From contig MCFH01000024.1 in assembly GCA_002104945.1 (NCBI GenBank), positions 434,001 through 498,000 of the forward strand: a stretch of DNA of 64,000 nt. Direction: 5' to 3'. Shown here one piece after another: positions 1-15,713 of the stretch; the first letter of the stretch is position 1, and every line of letters starts with the position of its first letter. The position numbers and the translations under genes were made by a program. The stretch is from Piromyces finnis finn (lineage: Eukaryota > Fungi > Neocallimastigomycota). The notes beneath the pieces are model-generated. The model made no database searches. It saw nothing but the letters and a program-made list of their open reading frames with translations, and was not told the origin of the DNA.

Positions 1-1351
1 TATATCTGAAAGTATAAATGATGATACAATGAATATGAATGAATCTCCAAAAGATGTTGAAATTTCAGAAAATAAAAAATTGGAAGATAATATAAATATT
101 GGTATAACTATTTTTTTTATATGTTAATAATATATATTATTAAAATTAAAATTATTAATATCTAATTTTATATTATCTATATGTAAAATTATTTAGATGA
201 AATTATTTTAATAAATGAAAATATTAATAAAAATGAAAGAAATTCAGTAATTGTCACACCAAAATCTTCAAAAATAAGTTATAGTGATATAGATTTTTTC
301 AGTGATAATTTTAGTAAATATAAAAAACCTTTCGGAATTGATAAATGTAAGTTTATAAATATTAAATAAAATAACCAGTATAAATTATTCATTTATTAAT
401 AATGTTAAATATTAAATATGTATTTCAGTATTCATAGAAGAAACTCCAAATGCTAAATATTTCACAACAAATATTGATAAAGATGAATTATTTATAAATC
501 TATATAATAATTTAAAATCAGAAAAAATCGAAGAAAGCGTTTTTAGAAATTTGATTAGACTTTCTAATATTCAACAGGAAAGCAATATTCCAATAGAAAA
601 ATTAACAAAGATTAATGAATTGTGGAGTTCTTGGTTTGAAAGGATTTATTTAGTTCTAATTCAAAAATTACAAGTATATAATAATAATACAGATGAACAA
701 GAATATATATTATTACTTTTACAAAGTTTAATGAAGAATCAATCAGTATTCTTTAAAGGAAAAGAGAATGGTTTATATTGTTTAATTAATCAATATATGT
801 ATAAAAAACCAGAAGAAATATATATAACAACAGAAAATACTCTTAAAGTATATTCTCAATATTTAGATAAAGTATCATGCTTGAAAAGCATTTTAAATTA
901 TTTGAATAGGCAATTTAGTTTTAATGTTGATTCTAATTCTTTCTATGATCAAAATATGAAACTCTCATATCGTTCAACCTCTGAAAGTTTTGCTTTTGAG
1001 AATTTAAGTCAAATTATAGCACGATTCAATCAAAATGAATTACAAAAATATCTAAATGACATTCAATTAATTTTATCAAAGGTAAAAAAAAAAAAAAAAA
1101 AAAAATCATATTTTATTAATATTATCGAAACTTTATTTTACAAGTAAAATCTAATTGAAATATTATTAAATTAATTTATTTTTTAATAGGGTTTATCTTC
1201 TATGTCAACGGATATTCGTAGAACTGTAATTGATTGTTGTATTTGTATCCATAAAATTTTAAGGGAGGACGAATGGATACAATTTTTTAATAAATTTACT
1301 CTTGTTAATCAGGTCTTAATTAAAATATTTATTGATCAATTGAGAGAGTGA
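1..1351 (+). CDS. 3' part of a multi-exon gene, probably CLASP/Stu1-like microtubule-associated HEAT/TOG protein (5' end outside window)
   Basis: Phase-consistent exons 2-101, 197-346, 429-1081 and 1190-1351 with GT-AG introns, TGA at 1349-1351. The last exon GLSSMSTDIRRTVIDCCICIHKILREDEWIQFFNKFTLVNQVLIKIFIDQLRE resembles the CLASP C-terminal HEAT pattern. Family call is from recalled motif similarity only. Confidence 0.55.
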
Positions 1352-2748
1352 AATAGTTAAATCTATAGATCTTCAAAATATTTAATTTGTAAAATATAAA
1401 CTTTAATATATATTTCAAATTTTCATTGTATTTATTATATTCATTATAATTTACAATTATTTTTAAAAATACTATCTATCATTTCAAATATAGTTATTTA
1501 AATCTATTATTAAATTAATTATTTATACCAAAATTAAAAATTATATCAATAAATAAAAGTAAAATATTATTTAGGAAAAATTTTAAAAAATTTTTTGTAT
1601 TCCAATATCTTGATAAACCTTATTAATTATAATATATTCATTTAATTTAATTATTAATTTAATTTATATTAAAAAAAGTTGATTATTTTCCCTTTTTTCC
1701 ATTAAAAAAATTTTTTTTAATTTAAAATAAAATGGATACAAATTATTATTTTGATTTGTTTAATGAAAAAATATTATTACTATAATATATGTATATTACT
1801 AACTCTTAAAAAAAAAAAAAAAAAAAAAGGAAAAAAACATAATGACATATAAATGAGTAAGAAAAAATTAACAATACCATTATTCATAATATAGAAATAT
1901 ATATTATTTATATCTTAATTTCTAATTAAATCAATATATATATTTTAATATCAACAACTAAAGTACAACTACTAATATTATTAGATTTTACACAAGGATT
2001 AATATCAAAATTTGAAAAAAATGAATTTTCATACATTATTCGAGATTCTTATGCAATAATTTATATTTTTAATGATTATAGAAAATTTTTTATTATTTAT
2101 GGCAAAGTTATAATAATTAGCTATTACAATTATTTCATCTTTAAAAATTATATTTATAATCAATTATTTTAAACACTGAAAATATATTTAATTTACAATA
2201 TTATTATTTAACATAATTTACAATATTATTATTTTTATATTGGAAACTAATAAAGCATTTCTTAATTGTTGATCTATTAAATGATAATATTAAAATTTCC
2301 AATTATTTTTATTCATCTTTTTTAATAATTAAATAATTTAATTATATATTGGATATAAAATAATTATGTAATTTTAGTCATATATAATGATATGCTTTTT
2401 TTTATTAATAAGAAACAAAATATTAAAAATGAAAAATGAGAAATATATATATTTAATGTTATAAATCGCTTTTTTTTTTTACAATTTATTTAATACTTTT
2501 AATATATAATAGTTATATATATGAAAAAAATAAAAAATCTTCAATTTAAATTATATTAATTTTTTATATCATCAAAATTTAAAATTTAAAAATTTAAAAA
2601 TTTAAAAAAAAAAATTATGTATACAAAATAAACCAATCAAAATATAAATATAAATATTTTTTTTATTTTTTTGTATTATTTGTATAAATTATATTTATCA
2701 ATTTTTTAAGTATATTATTTAAAGATATATTTTTAAAAATAAGTAAAA

Positions 2749-5700
2749 ATGGCAAACAACAAAAGAAATAGAAAGTTTAAAGGGAAAAATAAAAAACAAA
2801 AGGATGATGTTGATGTTTTAGATGTTTATTCAGAAGATAATGAAAGAAAAGAAAAAGGAAATTTCGATGAAATGGAAAATATGGAATATGAAAATCAAGA
2901 TATTGATATAGACGATGATGAAGAAATTGATGAAGACGAAGCTTTTGATTCAGAAGATGAAAAGAAATATGGTGTATTTTTTGAAGTAATTGTCGGACAT
3001 TTTGAAATTATTTAATATTAAAATACTTAAAATATTAATAAAACTTAAATATAAATATTTTCTATATAATTATAATTGTTAAAACATAAATAATTAAATT
3101 TATGTATATATAAATATATATGAAATGTACATTTTAAATTAAAAATAAAATAAAAATAAATAATGTGGTAATAGGGAAAGGAAGATGAAGACGAAGATGA
3201 AGAAGATGAAGATGAAGAAGAATATTCAGATGATGGAGAAGGTTATGATTTATCAGAAATGTTAAATGATAATGTTGGTGAATCTTCATATAAGAAACAA
3301 GAAAAATCTCTTTTACCAATACATAATGAAGAATTTGAAGAATATGCTGAAGGAATGAGTGATATTGAAAGTGAAAATGAAGAAGAAAATGATAATGATG
3401 ACAATGATGATAATTTAGTTTCATTTATAGATTCATTAGATTCAAATAAAAGAAAAAGTGAATATGAATTAGATAAAGATGAAGCTAGACAAATTAAGAG
3501 ACATAAGGATATCATTACAGAAGCATTTGATGAATCCGAATACAATCTTCAACCAAAAGCTAAACAAGGTATTTTTTTAATAATATTATAATTTTTATAA
3601 AAAAATTTTTTTTTTAAAAGTGTCAAGCAAGAAATAAAAATTTCTATACCTAATATATTATCAAATATAATAAATAATTATAGGTAAAAAATTAGATATT
3701 AAAGACTTTGTTGGTGCTTTAAGTGATGAAGTAGGTTTTGGTAATTTAAAGAAACAATTAGTTCAATTAGAAAAACCAAGTAAAATAGTTCAAAAAGAAG
3801 TTTTAAATGCCCCATTATCAAAAAGAGAACAAGATAGATTAGAAAGAGAAGTTGCATATGAACAAACTAATAAAGAAGTCAGTAAATGGACTCATATTGT
3901 AAAGAAAAATAGAGAAGCTGATCATATTGTATTTAATAATGATGAACAAAAAAAAGTTAGAACTAATGCTTCATTAACTACTCACTTTAAAGTATGTTTT
4001 ATATATTCATGTTTAATAATAAGAATTTTATATATTTAATTTGAAAATGGTTATTAACAATTATTTTTAAATAAAACAAAAGCCTGAAACTTCATTAGAA
4101 TCTGAAATTACTAAATTAATGGAAGATGCTGGTGTTACAGAAAAGAAGGAAGCAAAATTCGAAGAATTAGAATTAAATAAGGTTTCCCCAGAAGAAGTAA
4201 GTTTATAAATTTTTATTTTTAATCTTTTTTTTTCCTTATTAGAAATAAAATTCTGAAAATGTAATTTTTTAAATAAATATATAAAATTATTAGATTAAGG
4301 AACGTCGTAGAGAATTACAAAGAATGAGAAGTCTTCTTTTCTATCAAGAACAAAAAATGAAAAAAGCTGCTAAAATTAAGAGTAAAGCTTATCATAGAAT
4401 TTTAAAGAAGGAAAAACAAAGGAAGCAAAGTGAATTATCACTTGAGCAACTTGAAGAATTAGATCCAGAATTAGCAGAAAAAGAAAGAATGAAGCTTGAA
4501 ACCGAAAGAGCTAGAGTAATTAATTACATAAATAATACTATTTAAAAATAATATGTATAGACTTCTTTTTTTTTATTTTATTTTATATTAATTTTATAAA
4601 ATTATATAAATATAAATATAAAAACAATATTTATTATTTAAAGGAACGTGTTACATTAAGACACAAGAATACCGGTAAATGGGCAAGAAGAATGTTACAA
4701 CGTGGAAATGATGTCAATGAAGAAGTAATATTTTTAATAAGATATAATAGAAGAGTGCTTAAACTACAATAGAAAAATATAAAACTGATAAAGTTTACTA
4801 ATAACCATAAAAATATATTTAAAACATTAATTTTAATATAGACAAGACAAGCAATTATTGATCAATTAAATCAACATGAAAATCTTAAGAGAAAGATTCA
4901 AGATGCTGATGAAGATTCAGATGGATTTAATAGTAATGATGAATCCTACGATGATAATGTTGATACTATCAAAGAAAGAACTTTACAACAATTAAATCAA
5001 ATGGAAGAAGATATTGATAATGAAGAAAAGCCACAAAAGGGTATATTTGCTATGAAATTCATGCAAAAAGCATTTGAAAAACAACGTAGTGAAGCCAAAC
5101 AAAATATTATAAATATGAGAAAGGAAATGGAAGAAAATGAAAAGTTATTAAATGACGATTCTGATAATGAAACTAATGAAAACAAAGATGAAAGCAATGT
5201 TAATGTTATTAATACTGGTAGAATGCAATTTTCAAAGGTATTATTTAAATATTAATTTTTTATTAAACACTACAATTTAATAATATTATTTAAAATTTTT
5301 ATTTTTATTTATTTTTTTTTTTTTTTTTTGAAAAATTCTAAATTCAAAATAAAAAGGGAAATAAGGTCAAAAATGACGATGATGAAAGTGATGCTGAAGA
5401 ACAAAAACCAATTAACATTACAACTTCAAGTTCACTTAAAGTATCTGGTCCAATTAATGTTAATATAAAATCAGAAGAATTAAAACCAGTATTTGAAGTC
5501 GAAGATTTTAAGGTATATATATAATTATTAAAATTAAATACTTTTTTTTTTTTAAAAAAAAAAAAAAAACATTATTAATAATTTAATCCGTAATTTTTAA
5601 ATGTGAATAGGTTGATGAAGAAGAAAACCCATGGTTAGGGGATAGTGAAAATTTAGTCCAAGAAAGCAAAAAGCATGTTAGCTTAAATTCCAAGAGTAAT

Positions 5701-6731
5701 AAGCAACAAAAGGCCCTTGAAAAATTAAGTCAAGAAAAGAAAAAGGCTAATAAGAGTAATGTTCTTAACAATGAAATTAACTTTGATGAAATGAAAAAAT
5801 TAGAACATATCGAAGAAACAAGTAATTTTTTTTTTAGTGTTCAATATTATTATATATAAATAATAATGGAAATTTAATTTTATTGTATTAATTTATATTT
5901 ATGAATGAAATAATAAATTTGTAATATTAATCTTTTTTGTCAAATACATTATATATATTTAATTTTTTTAGCTGCAAAATTATCAATTGCTCAAGATCAA
6001 GATCAAGAAAGCTTCAAGAAACCAAATGAAAGTATTAAGGAAACCTTAGAAAAAGAAAAGAGTGAAGAAGAACAATCAAAACAAATTGATGATATAGTGG
6101 CAGGATTAGCTACAGAAAATAGTAATGATGTTGAAGAAGATAATTTCCAATCCATTACAAGAGGTGATCTTTTACAAATGGCCTTTTCTGAAAATGATGT
6201 ATTTGAAGAAGAATTTAATGATGAAAAACAACAATTAATTGATGAAGAAAATGCCCCAGAAACTGAAGATGCATTACCGGGATGGGTAGGTTTCATATAC
6301 ATTTTATATTTTAAATATATAAAATAATTATAATTAATTAGTATATTAATAATACTATTATTTAGGGTTCATGGTCAGGTAAAGGTGTTAAGAAGAGAAA
6401 GAAGAAGGTTCAAAAGGTTGAAAAGAAAAAACCTAATAATAATCGTAAAGATGCTAAATTAAAGAATGTTATTATTAATGAACGTAGAATTAAGAAATCA
6501 GTAAAATTAATGGTTAGTGACGTACCACATCCATTCGAAAACAGAGAACAATACGAAAAGAGTTTAAGAGCTCCAGTTGGTAAAGAATGGACTACTGCTA
6601 ATACTCATAAAGAATCCATCAGACCAAGAGTCTTAACTATGCCTGGTAAAATTATTCATCCATTAAAATTCACAAAACAATTTTCAGATAAAAAACAAGA
6701 AAAGAAAAGACCTACCAAGAGTAGACTTTAA
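2749..6731 (+). CDS. UTP14: U3 snoRNA-associated protein 14 (SSU processome), about 11 exons
   Basis: Spliced ORF fragments contain AAKIKSKAYHRILKKEK, ERVTLRHKNTGKWA, LPGWGSWSGKGV and PHPFENREQYEKSLRAPVGKEW, all typical of Utp14. GT-AG introns link the fragments; TAA at 6729-6731. Confidence 0.93.
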
Positions 6732-7465
6732 ATTATTATATCACTTTAATTTCCTTTTTTTATATATATATAAAGTATCATGGTATAATATATATATTTT
6801 TCTTTTAATTAATACTTTAGCCTATTTTTTTTAAGGAAAAAAAAATAGTAACCTATTGTTTATTTATTTATTAAGGATATTTATTCATTTAAAACATCTT
6901 TTTTTTCTTTCTTTCTTACTTTTGTATGTTATATCATTATAAATAAATCTTTTGATCCTTGATGATTATATAATAATAATATATAAATCAACATCTTTTT
7001 TTAATATAAATATTAATAGAATTAATAGAGTTAAGTCTTTCTATTATTTATTTTCATTTTTAATTAAATGATACAAATATTAATAAAGAATAAAAAAAAA
7101 ATATAACTATAATAATAATTATTTTCAACCATATTATTAAAGTATTAAAATAAGTATATATATCAAAGATTAACAAGACTAAAAAAATATTATATATTCA
7201 AGTTTAATTTTTTATTTTATTTTATTTTTTTTTATTTTAAATTGCATTATTTTATATATTGTATATACATTAAATGGAAAATTATTTGAATCTTATTATT
7301 AAATCCTTTATGTAAAGTTTATGATAAATTACTTTCTTTATAATTTATATTATTATTTGACTTTTTTGTAATTTTTAACAATTGTAGTATTGTATAATAT
7401 TACAATAGTAAAAATGATACTATTATAATTGATATTTATCCTTTTTAATCATTATATTTGTATTC

Positions 7466-9385
<1,920 letters not shown>

Positions 9386-9940
9386 TTTAATTTAATATGT
9401 ATTAAAAATTTAATATCAGAAGAAAATAAAATAAAATAAAATAAAATAAAATAAAAAAAATTAAAAAAAAAAATTTTTTTCTGTATTTTAAAAAAAACTA
9501 ATTTGCCAATCTTTTCCAAAAAAAAAAAAAATAAATAAATAAAATAAAATAGTAAATATAAAATTACAAAACCATCTTAATAATCCTTTTTTAAAATATT
9601 GATGGTTTAATACTTAAAATTTTAAATAATACTTTAGTAAGTATTTTAACATTAAAGAAAATAAGTTGAAATTATACAAATTGATAATAAAAATTAATAT
9701 GAAAAGAAAGAAAAATATATAGACTTTTCATAATGAAATGATTATTTTTTATTTATATATTTATTTCTAGATTCATATATAAAAGTAATAATTATTTAAG
9801 TAATAAATATTTAAAATAAAAAGATATGACAGATATATTAAGTATGATATTATTGATATTATATTATATTATATATAATAATGTTTTTAAAAGTATTTAA
9901 TAGTGCTTTCATCAATAATTTATTATCTCAATTGATTTTA

Positions 9941-12121
9941 TTAGCGTCTTGGCTTAAAACCTCCTCTCTTTGCCTTTTTAGTTTTTGGTTGAGCTTTTTC
10001 AGTTGCCTATTATTCATATTTATTTCATAAATTAATATATTACATTTGGAAAAAAAAAATATATATATATTCCTATTTTTTAGATTTTTAATATTATTTT
10101 ACATTACCTTTCTTTTAGTAGTAAGTTTGTTGCTTGGAATAGTTTTAAAGAAAGAATCAAGTCTACCTTGTGTAGCAACACCACTTAATTTTATTAATTT
10201 CTGAGTAGCCTTACGAACACGATCTTCGCTAATAATTTATTTTTATATTCATTAAATTTTCATTTAATAATTATATTCTTATATTATTATATTTCAATTA
10301 ACCTATATAAAAAAAAATATATAATATTATTATTATTTACTTGAATCCCTTTTCATAAACTAAGAACTTAACTATTTCTTCCTCGTTTGGTTTTTCCCAT
10401 TTTATCTGTTATTATTTATGTCAAATAAAATTAATATAATTTTATATAGGATTTTTTTTCTATTTATTTTTTTAAAAAAAAAAAAAAAAATAGCATTAAT
10501 GTTAATATATACATCAGATGGTGAGTATTTGTCGACTTCTGGATTTGTAAATAATTCTCTAGCTTCTTTATATTGCCAATCTTCTGGTATTGGGTATTTT
10601 TTGGTATCAATGTGTTGTAAAATAGTTTCAATATTTTTATATTGTTGAATTAATGCAACTGCACGTTTTGGTCCGATTCCTTGTATAGTTTCACAATAAT
10701 CACAACCCAATAAAATACATAAATCAATAAACTAATATATTTTTAAATAGTTATTGTTAATAATTATTTTCAAACTATTATTATTTTATTTATTATTATT
10801 ATTGTTGTTGTTGTTGTTGTTGTTGTTGTTATAATTTATTGATATATTACTTGTGAGCGGTCCATTTCTAATCCTTGTAAAACATTATCATAATGAATTT
10901 CTGAAATAGGCATTTTTCTAGCTTCACTAAATGTCATATGACGAAGTAATACTGGAGAACCAAATGTTAAGGTATCCATATCTTCAGAACATGCACCATA
11001 TACCTTTAAATATAATATATTTTAGTTTTATATAAATTTCAATTATTTTCCGTCCATTTATCAAATAATCTTAATTAAGCATGAAATGAATACATACAAC
11101 ATTGGATTTACAAAGTTCGGCACATTGAGCTTCAGCTTCACAAGGGGCCTATATATAAATATAAATAAGATTATTATTAAATATTTTAAATGATTTTGTA
11201 CAATAAAAATATAACAGTAAATTATAATTACACATATATAAGGTATTCCCATTGCTTTCAATAAACGTTGACATTCAGCATTATGTTCCTTGGTAACTTT
11301 TACTGTTCTTCTACTAAATTTTTCAATATCCTCAACATTTCCTATTATTTCAATAAATATTAAAAATTATAATATTAAATCACCATTTAGTTTTTTATTG
11401 CTATTATTGTTATTGTAGTTTTTTTTTTCTTTTATTTAAAAAGAAAAATAATTACCTTCTTCAATAGCTTTTTCCATATTTTTTTGAGCTTCTTCACGAC
11501 GTTCTAAACGTTTTGCTAACTATTAAAGTTTTGAGTATATTTTTTATATACAATAAGAATAATAAATTCAATTTAGGAACATTTAATTTTAGAAAGTCAA
11601 ATAGGCTATGTCTAATAATTAAATAATTAATTACTTCTCCGGATTTCATTGTTGGAGGTTTACCATCAAAAACATATAATGGTTTAATTCCATTTTCACA
11701 CATACGAATAGTACGATAAAAAGTACCCATTAAATGACTAATTAATTAAAAATTAAGATTTCGTATTTATTTTTTTTTCAGTTTATAATCCCAATTTTGA
11801 ACATTAATTTTAACAAATTTACCTTGTAATTTCCCCGTTATCATTAGTTAATTGTAAACCATCTGTTTGTCTAACTGCAATTAAAAATTGATATATACAC
11901 ATAGATGCATCAATAGCAACCTTTCTTCCAAAGTAATTTTTAATATCATTATCTTTTGTAGAATCTGGAGAATGATCACCAATAACTTTTGAAAGACTAC
12001 GAATTCCCTTTATTATTATTAAATATATAATTTTTCATTTAAAAATGACTATTGGTTGAAATTCAATATTATAATATAATATAACTGATAATTTTATTTT
12101 GAATAAAAGTGTTTTTACCAT
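9941..12121 (-). CDS. FEN1: Flap endonuclease 1, about 11 exons; first coding exon is ATG only
   Basis: M|[11 protein letters not shown]...[73 protein letters not shown] and the PCNA-binding QGRLDSFF motif. Stop at 9941-9943. Confidence 0.97.
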
Positions 12122-12580
12122 GGTTGTTTAATATATTTTTAATTATTTTAGAATTATTAATAATACTACTAAAAAAAGAATAGAAAAATAAATCAAAAGG
12201 TTCAAAATTAATTTCTATATTTAAAGTTTTTTTTGAAAGATACATGAATTTTTTTTTTTTTTTTTAAAAAAAAAACTCAATAAATATAAATAAATGAATA
12301 AAATAAATAAATATTATTTATTAAATTATAAAATTTAGTTATTTATTTGTTTTATATTTATTCATTCATCCATTTATTATTATATAAATAATAATACTAA
12401 TAATAATTAAATAATTGACTATCTTTTCTCGTTTTAATTTTTAAAATCATATATTTATAAAAGTTTTTAATTTTTATTCTATATATAATATACAAAAATC
12501 CTATATATATAATATATAAAATCAACTTTTTTTTTTCCCTTTTTTAATAAGCTTTTATTTTTACTTTATCGGTTAATTGA

Positions 12581-12660
12581 AAAAGTATTTAATAAATCAT
12601 TAATAGTTTTAAAGTACATAAAAAGTATTTAATAAATCATTAATAATTTTAAAGTACATA
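12581..12660. repeat. Two tandem copies of a 40-bp unit upstream of FEN1
   Basis: AAAAGTATTTAATAAATCATTAATA(G/A)TTTTAAAGTACATA at 12581-12620 and 12621-12660, one mismatch. Confidence 0.9.
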
Positions 12661-13469
12661 CTTTTTATATAAATTATAATAGAAATTGTTTTTAATATTT
12701 TTTTTTAAATATATCATAGGAATTAATTATATAATTCATTCATATTTGATGATTAAAAAAAAAAAGATATTTTAATTTTATATTTTAATACTTTTTTTTA
12801 ATAGAAAGTTTAATTCATTGAATATATAAACTTATTCAAGTTCACATTATAAATGGATAGTAAATATTTATATAATAATGCTAACTTTGAATTAAAAGCA
12901 ATAAATAATTCATATTAACTTTTAAAGAGTAAAAGAACATCTTTTGATTTGTCTTAATATTATTATAATATAAACATTTCCATAACATATTGCCATAGTT
13001 TTAATAATTTACATTATTTATATCAAAATTGAATAATAGAGTATAAAATATATATCGTTTGTCATTATTATTTTTAATGATTTAATAGAATCCCTTTCAA
13101 ATTAAATATTTTATATAATAAAAAATAAAAAATATAAATCTAATATTCATATTAAAATTATTACTTATATTCTAAATAATAATATGAAATGATGAAATGA
13201 ATGTAAAGTTTGTAAATTTTATATGCAAAAGCTAAATAATAAAAAGTCGTATTTTTTTATCATAAAATAACACTTTTTTTTTTTTTTTTTCTATACTACG
13301 AAGAAAGATAAAATAAACTTTTACTTTTTCTTTAAATAAAATCAACCAGTAATTAATGAATTGTCCCATTTTTAATAATTTTTAAAGATTAAGAGAAAGA
13401 TACATAAAAATAAAAATGTAAATAGGTTATTTTTATTATGAATAAAAAGATTTGAAATAAAACTTTAGT

Positions 13470-13858
13470 AATCATGTTAAATTATAAAAATATTTTAAGA
13501 AGATATTCTACATTCTATACAACTTACCAATTGCAATATCAATAGCATTATTATTTAATTTAATACCGATATTAATAAAATTTTAAACATTTGTTATATC
13601 ATCCCTTTTTATGACATAATAGAGGATATTATGACCGTTTCTATCCTCTTTATTAATATCGAATATATTCTATTAAATAATTAAAAATTTCAGTAAAATC
13701 ATTAGCATAAGAAGATATTAATCATTTTTATTAAAAATAGAACAACTAATGATATTATTTTTGAAATAAATTGTTAGTTCAGAAATATTATCTTCTTCAA
13801 TAAGTTTGTTTATATCATTAAATTTTTTATTATTATCTATGGAATCTGTGGAAATCAT
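13470..13858 (-). pseudogene. Internally deleted, stop-interrupted paralog of the ankyrin-repeat gene at 15714-17189
   Basis: Minus strand reads MISTDSIDNNKKFNDINKLIEEDNISEL (matches the region near 15740-15830). It then jumps to LISSYANDFTEIFNYLIEY / DINKEDRNGHNILYYVIKRDDITNV*NFINIGIKLNNNAIDIAI (matches LIASYVNDSTDIFNYLLEYSDINKKDRNGHNILYYAIEK...). Contains frameshifts and in-frame stops. The 3' boundary is approximate. Confidence 0.75.
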
Positions 13859-15713
13859 TTTTATAAAATAAAAAATATCTTTTTTCCTCTCTTTTTTTTA
13901 TTTAATTTTTAAAATAATTTATAGTTATTTTTGAAATAAACAGTGATTAGGTTCAATGGTATAATAGAACTTTAGAGGTTTAATATGTGTTTTTAAATGA
14001 GTTCTATTTATTTATTTTATTTTGATTAAATTCCTGAACTTTTCAGCTTCTCGTTTAACTTAATTTTTTATAAAATTACTCTTTCTTTTCTTTTTTTAAT
14101 ATATAAAGAAATATATAAATTAGATATAATAAAATGAAGTTTTCAATAGATTTGAATGAAATGTTAATAATGTAATACAAATTAGTATCATAATGTTGTG
14201 TAACACTATATTTAAAAAATAATGTTAAGATTTAAGAATAAAACACATAAAATATTATATATAATCCTTTCAAGAGATAAGAATAGAAATGAGAATATTT
14301 TAAATAATAATAATTATTTTAAATAGAATAGGTAACTAGACATACAAGTTTCATATAGAACAACCTTTGACATTTTTATACCATACAATGGTGCTGTTAA
14401 AATCCAAAGACAAGGGTAGCCTTGAAGAAGCAAATATTGTATAAGATATAATACGTTGATTCTTAAAAAATATATCAATTTCAATGAATATATAAAATTA
14501 CTAATTAAACTTTTGAAAACCCATTTTGACATTAGAATATCGTTATATATATCTTTGTTGGTCACTTATGAGTTAAATATAGTTTTTTTGAATAGAATAA
14601 GAAATGTTTGTATTTCTTAAGAAAATTGCTAATGGAAAAAAGGTACTTTTAAAAGTTTTGAATAATAGCAGGTTTAAGAGATAAATCTTTATCTAATGGT
14701 ATACCAATTATAACAATCAATAATTGAAATGGATTTACCAAATTAAATATTGGAGTCTTTTTCTTTGAAAATCTTTTGATTCAGAATGAAATACTATCAT
14801 TGAACATTTCTTGATAATAAAACCCATTTCATTATAAATAGAGCACTTTTCCAAAAAGAATTATTTTTTAATATTTCTTTAATGAATGGGCTTCTGAAAT
14901 GAGTGATATGAGATGTTAAGTACAACAATATTTATTATCCTTATAACTAATATGAAACTTTAATGTTAATTATCAATACATTAAAAAACAATATCTAAAT
15001 TATTAAATATTGTTATACTATATACTATATCTAATAACAATATAGTATATAACAATATTAACTAAAAATAGATAATGAGCTAATTAAAATTAATATTGAA
15101 ATCATTATAATAATCAAAATGTTAATTATATATAATTATTATCTTTATTATTATATTATAATTTCCATTTTAATATTTTGTAAATGGAATAGTTTTATTA
15201 CATTTTTACACTAATTCAAGTTTATATAAATAATAATATTTTTTAGTTTTTTAAATTATAAAAAGAATTGAAAAGTTAAAATGGAACATTCCATTATTCA
15301 TTGACTGCTCCCAAAAAAATAATAAAATTCAAATTAATATTAATGAATTTTATTATTAGTTTTTATTATATTAATATTATTAATATTTAATATTATTAAA
15401 AAAGATAAGAAACATAAAAAAAAAAGTCATATATTTAATATTTTTTAGTAATCAATTCAGAAAAAAAACCTTTGATAAGTAATAATACGTATTAATTAAG
15501 AATAAACTATAAATAAAATTACTTATTTACTATTAAAAAAAAACGGACAAAAATGATAATGGACAAAAATGTTCTATACCATTTTAATTTTAAATAAATG
15601 ACCAAATTTTAATGAAAAGTTGTCATTTTCATTATTTTTTAATTAAATATTTATATTTAAAAAAAGAATATTTTTTTAATTATTTTTTAAAAATTTTTAT
15701 TAAAGTTAAAATA

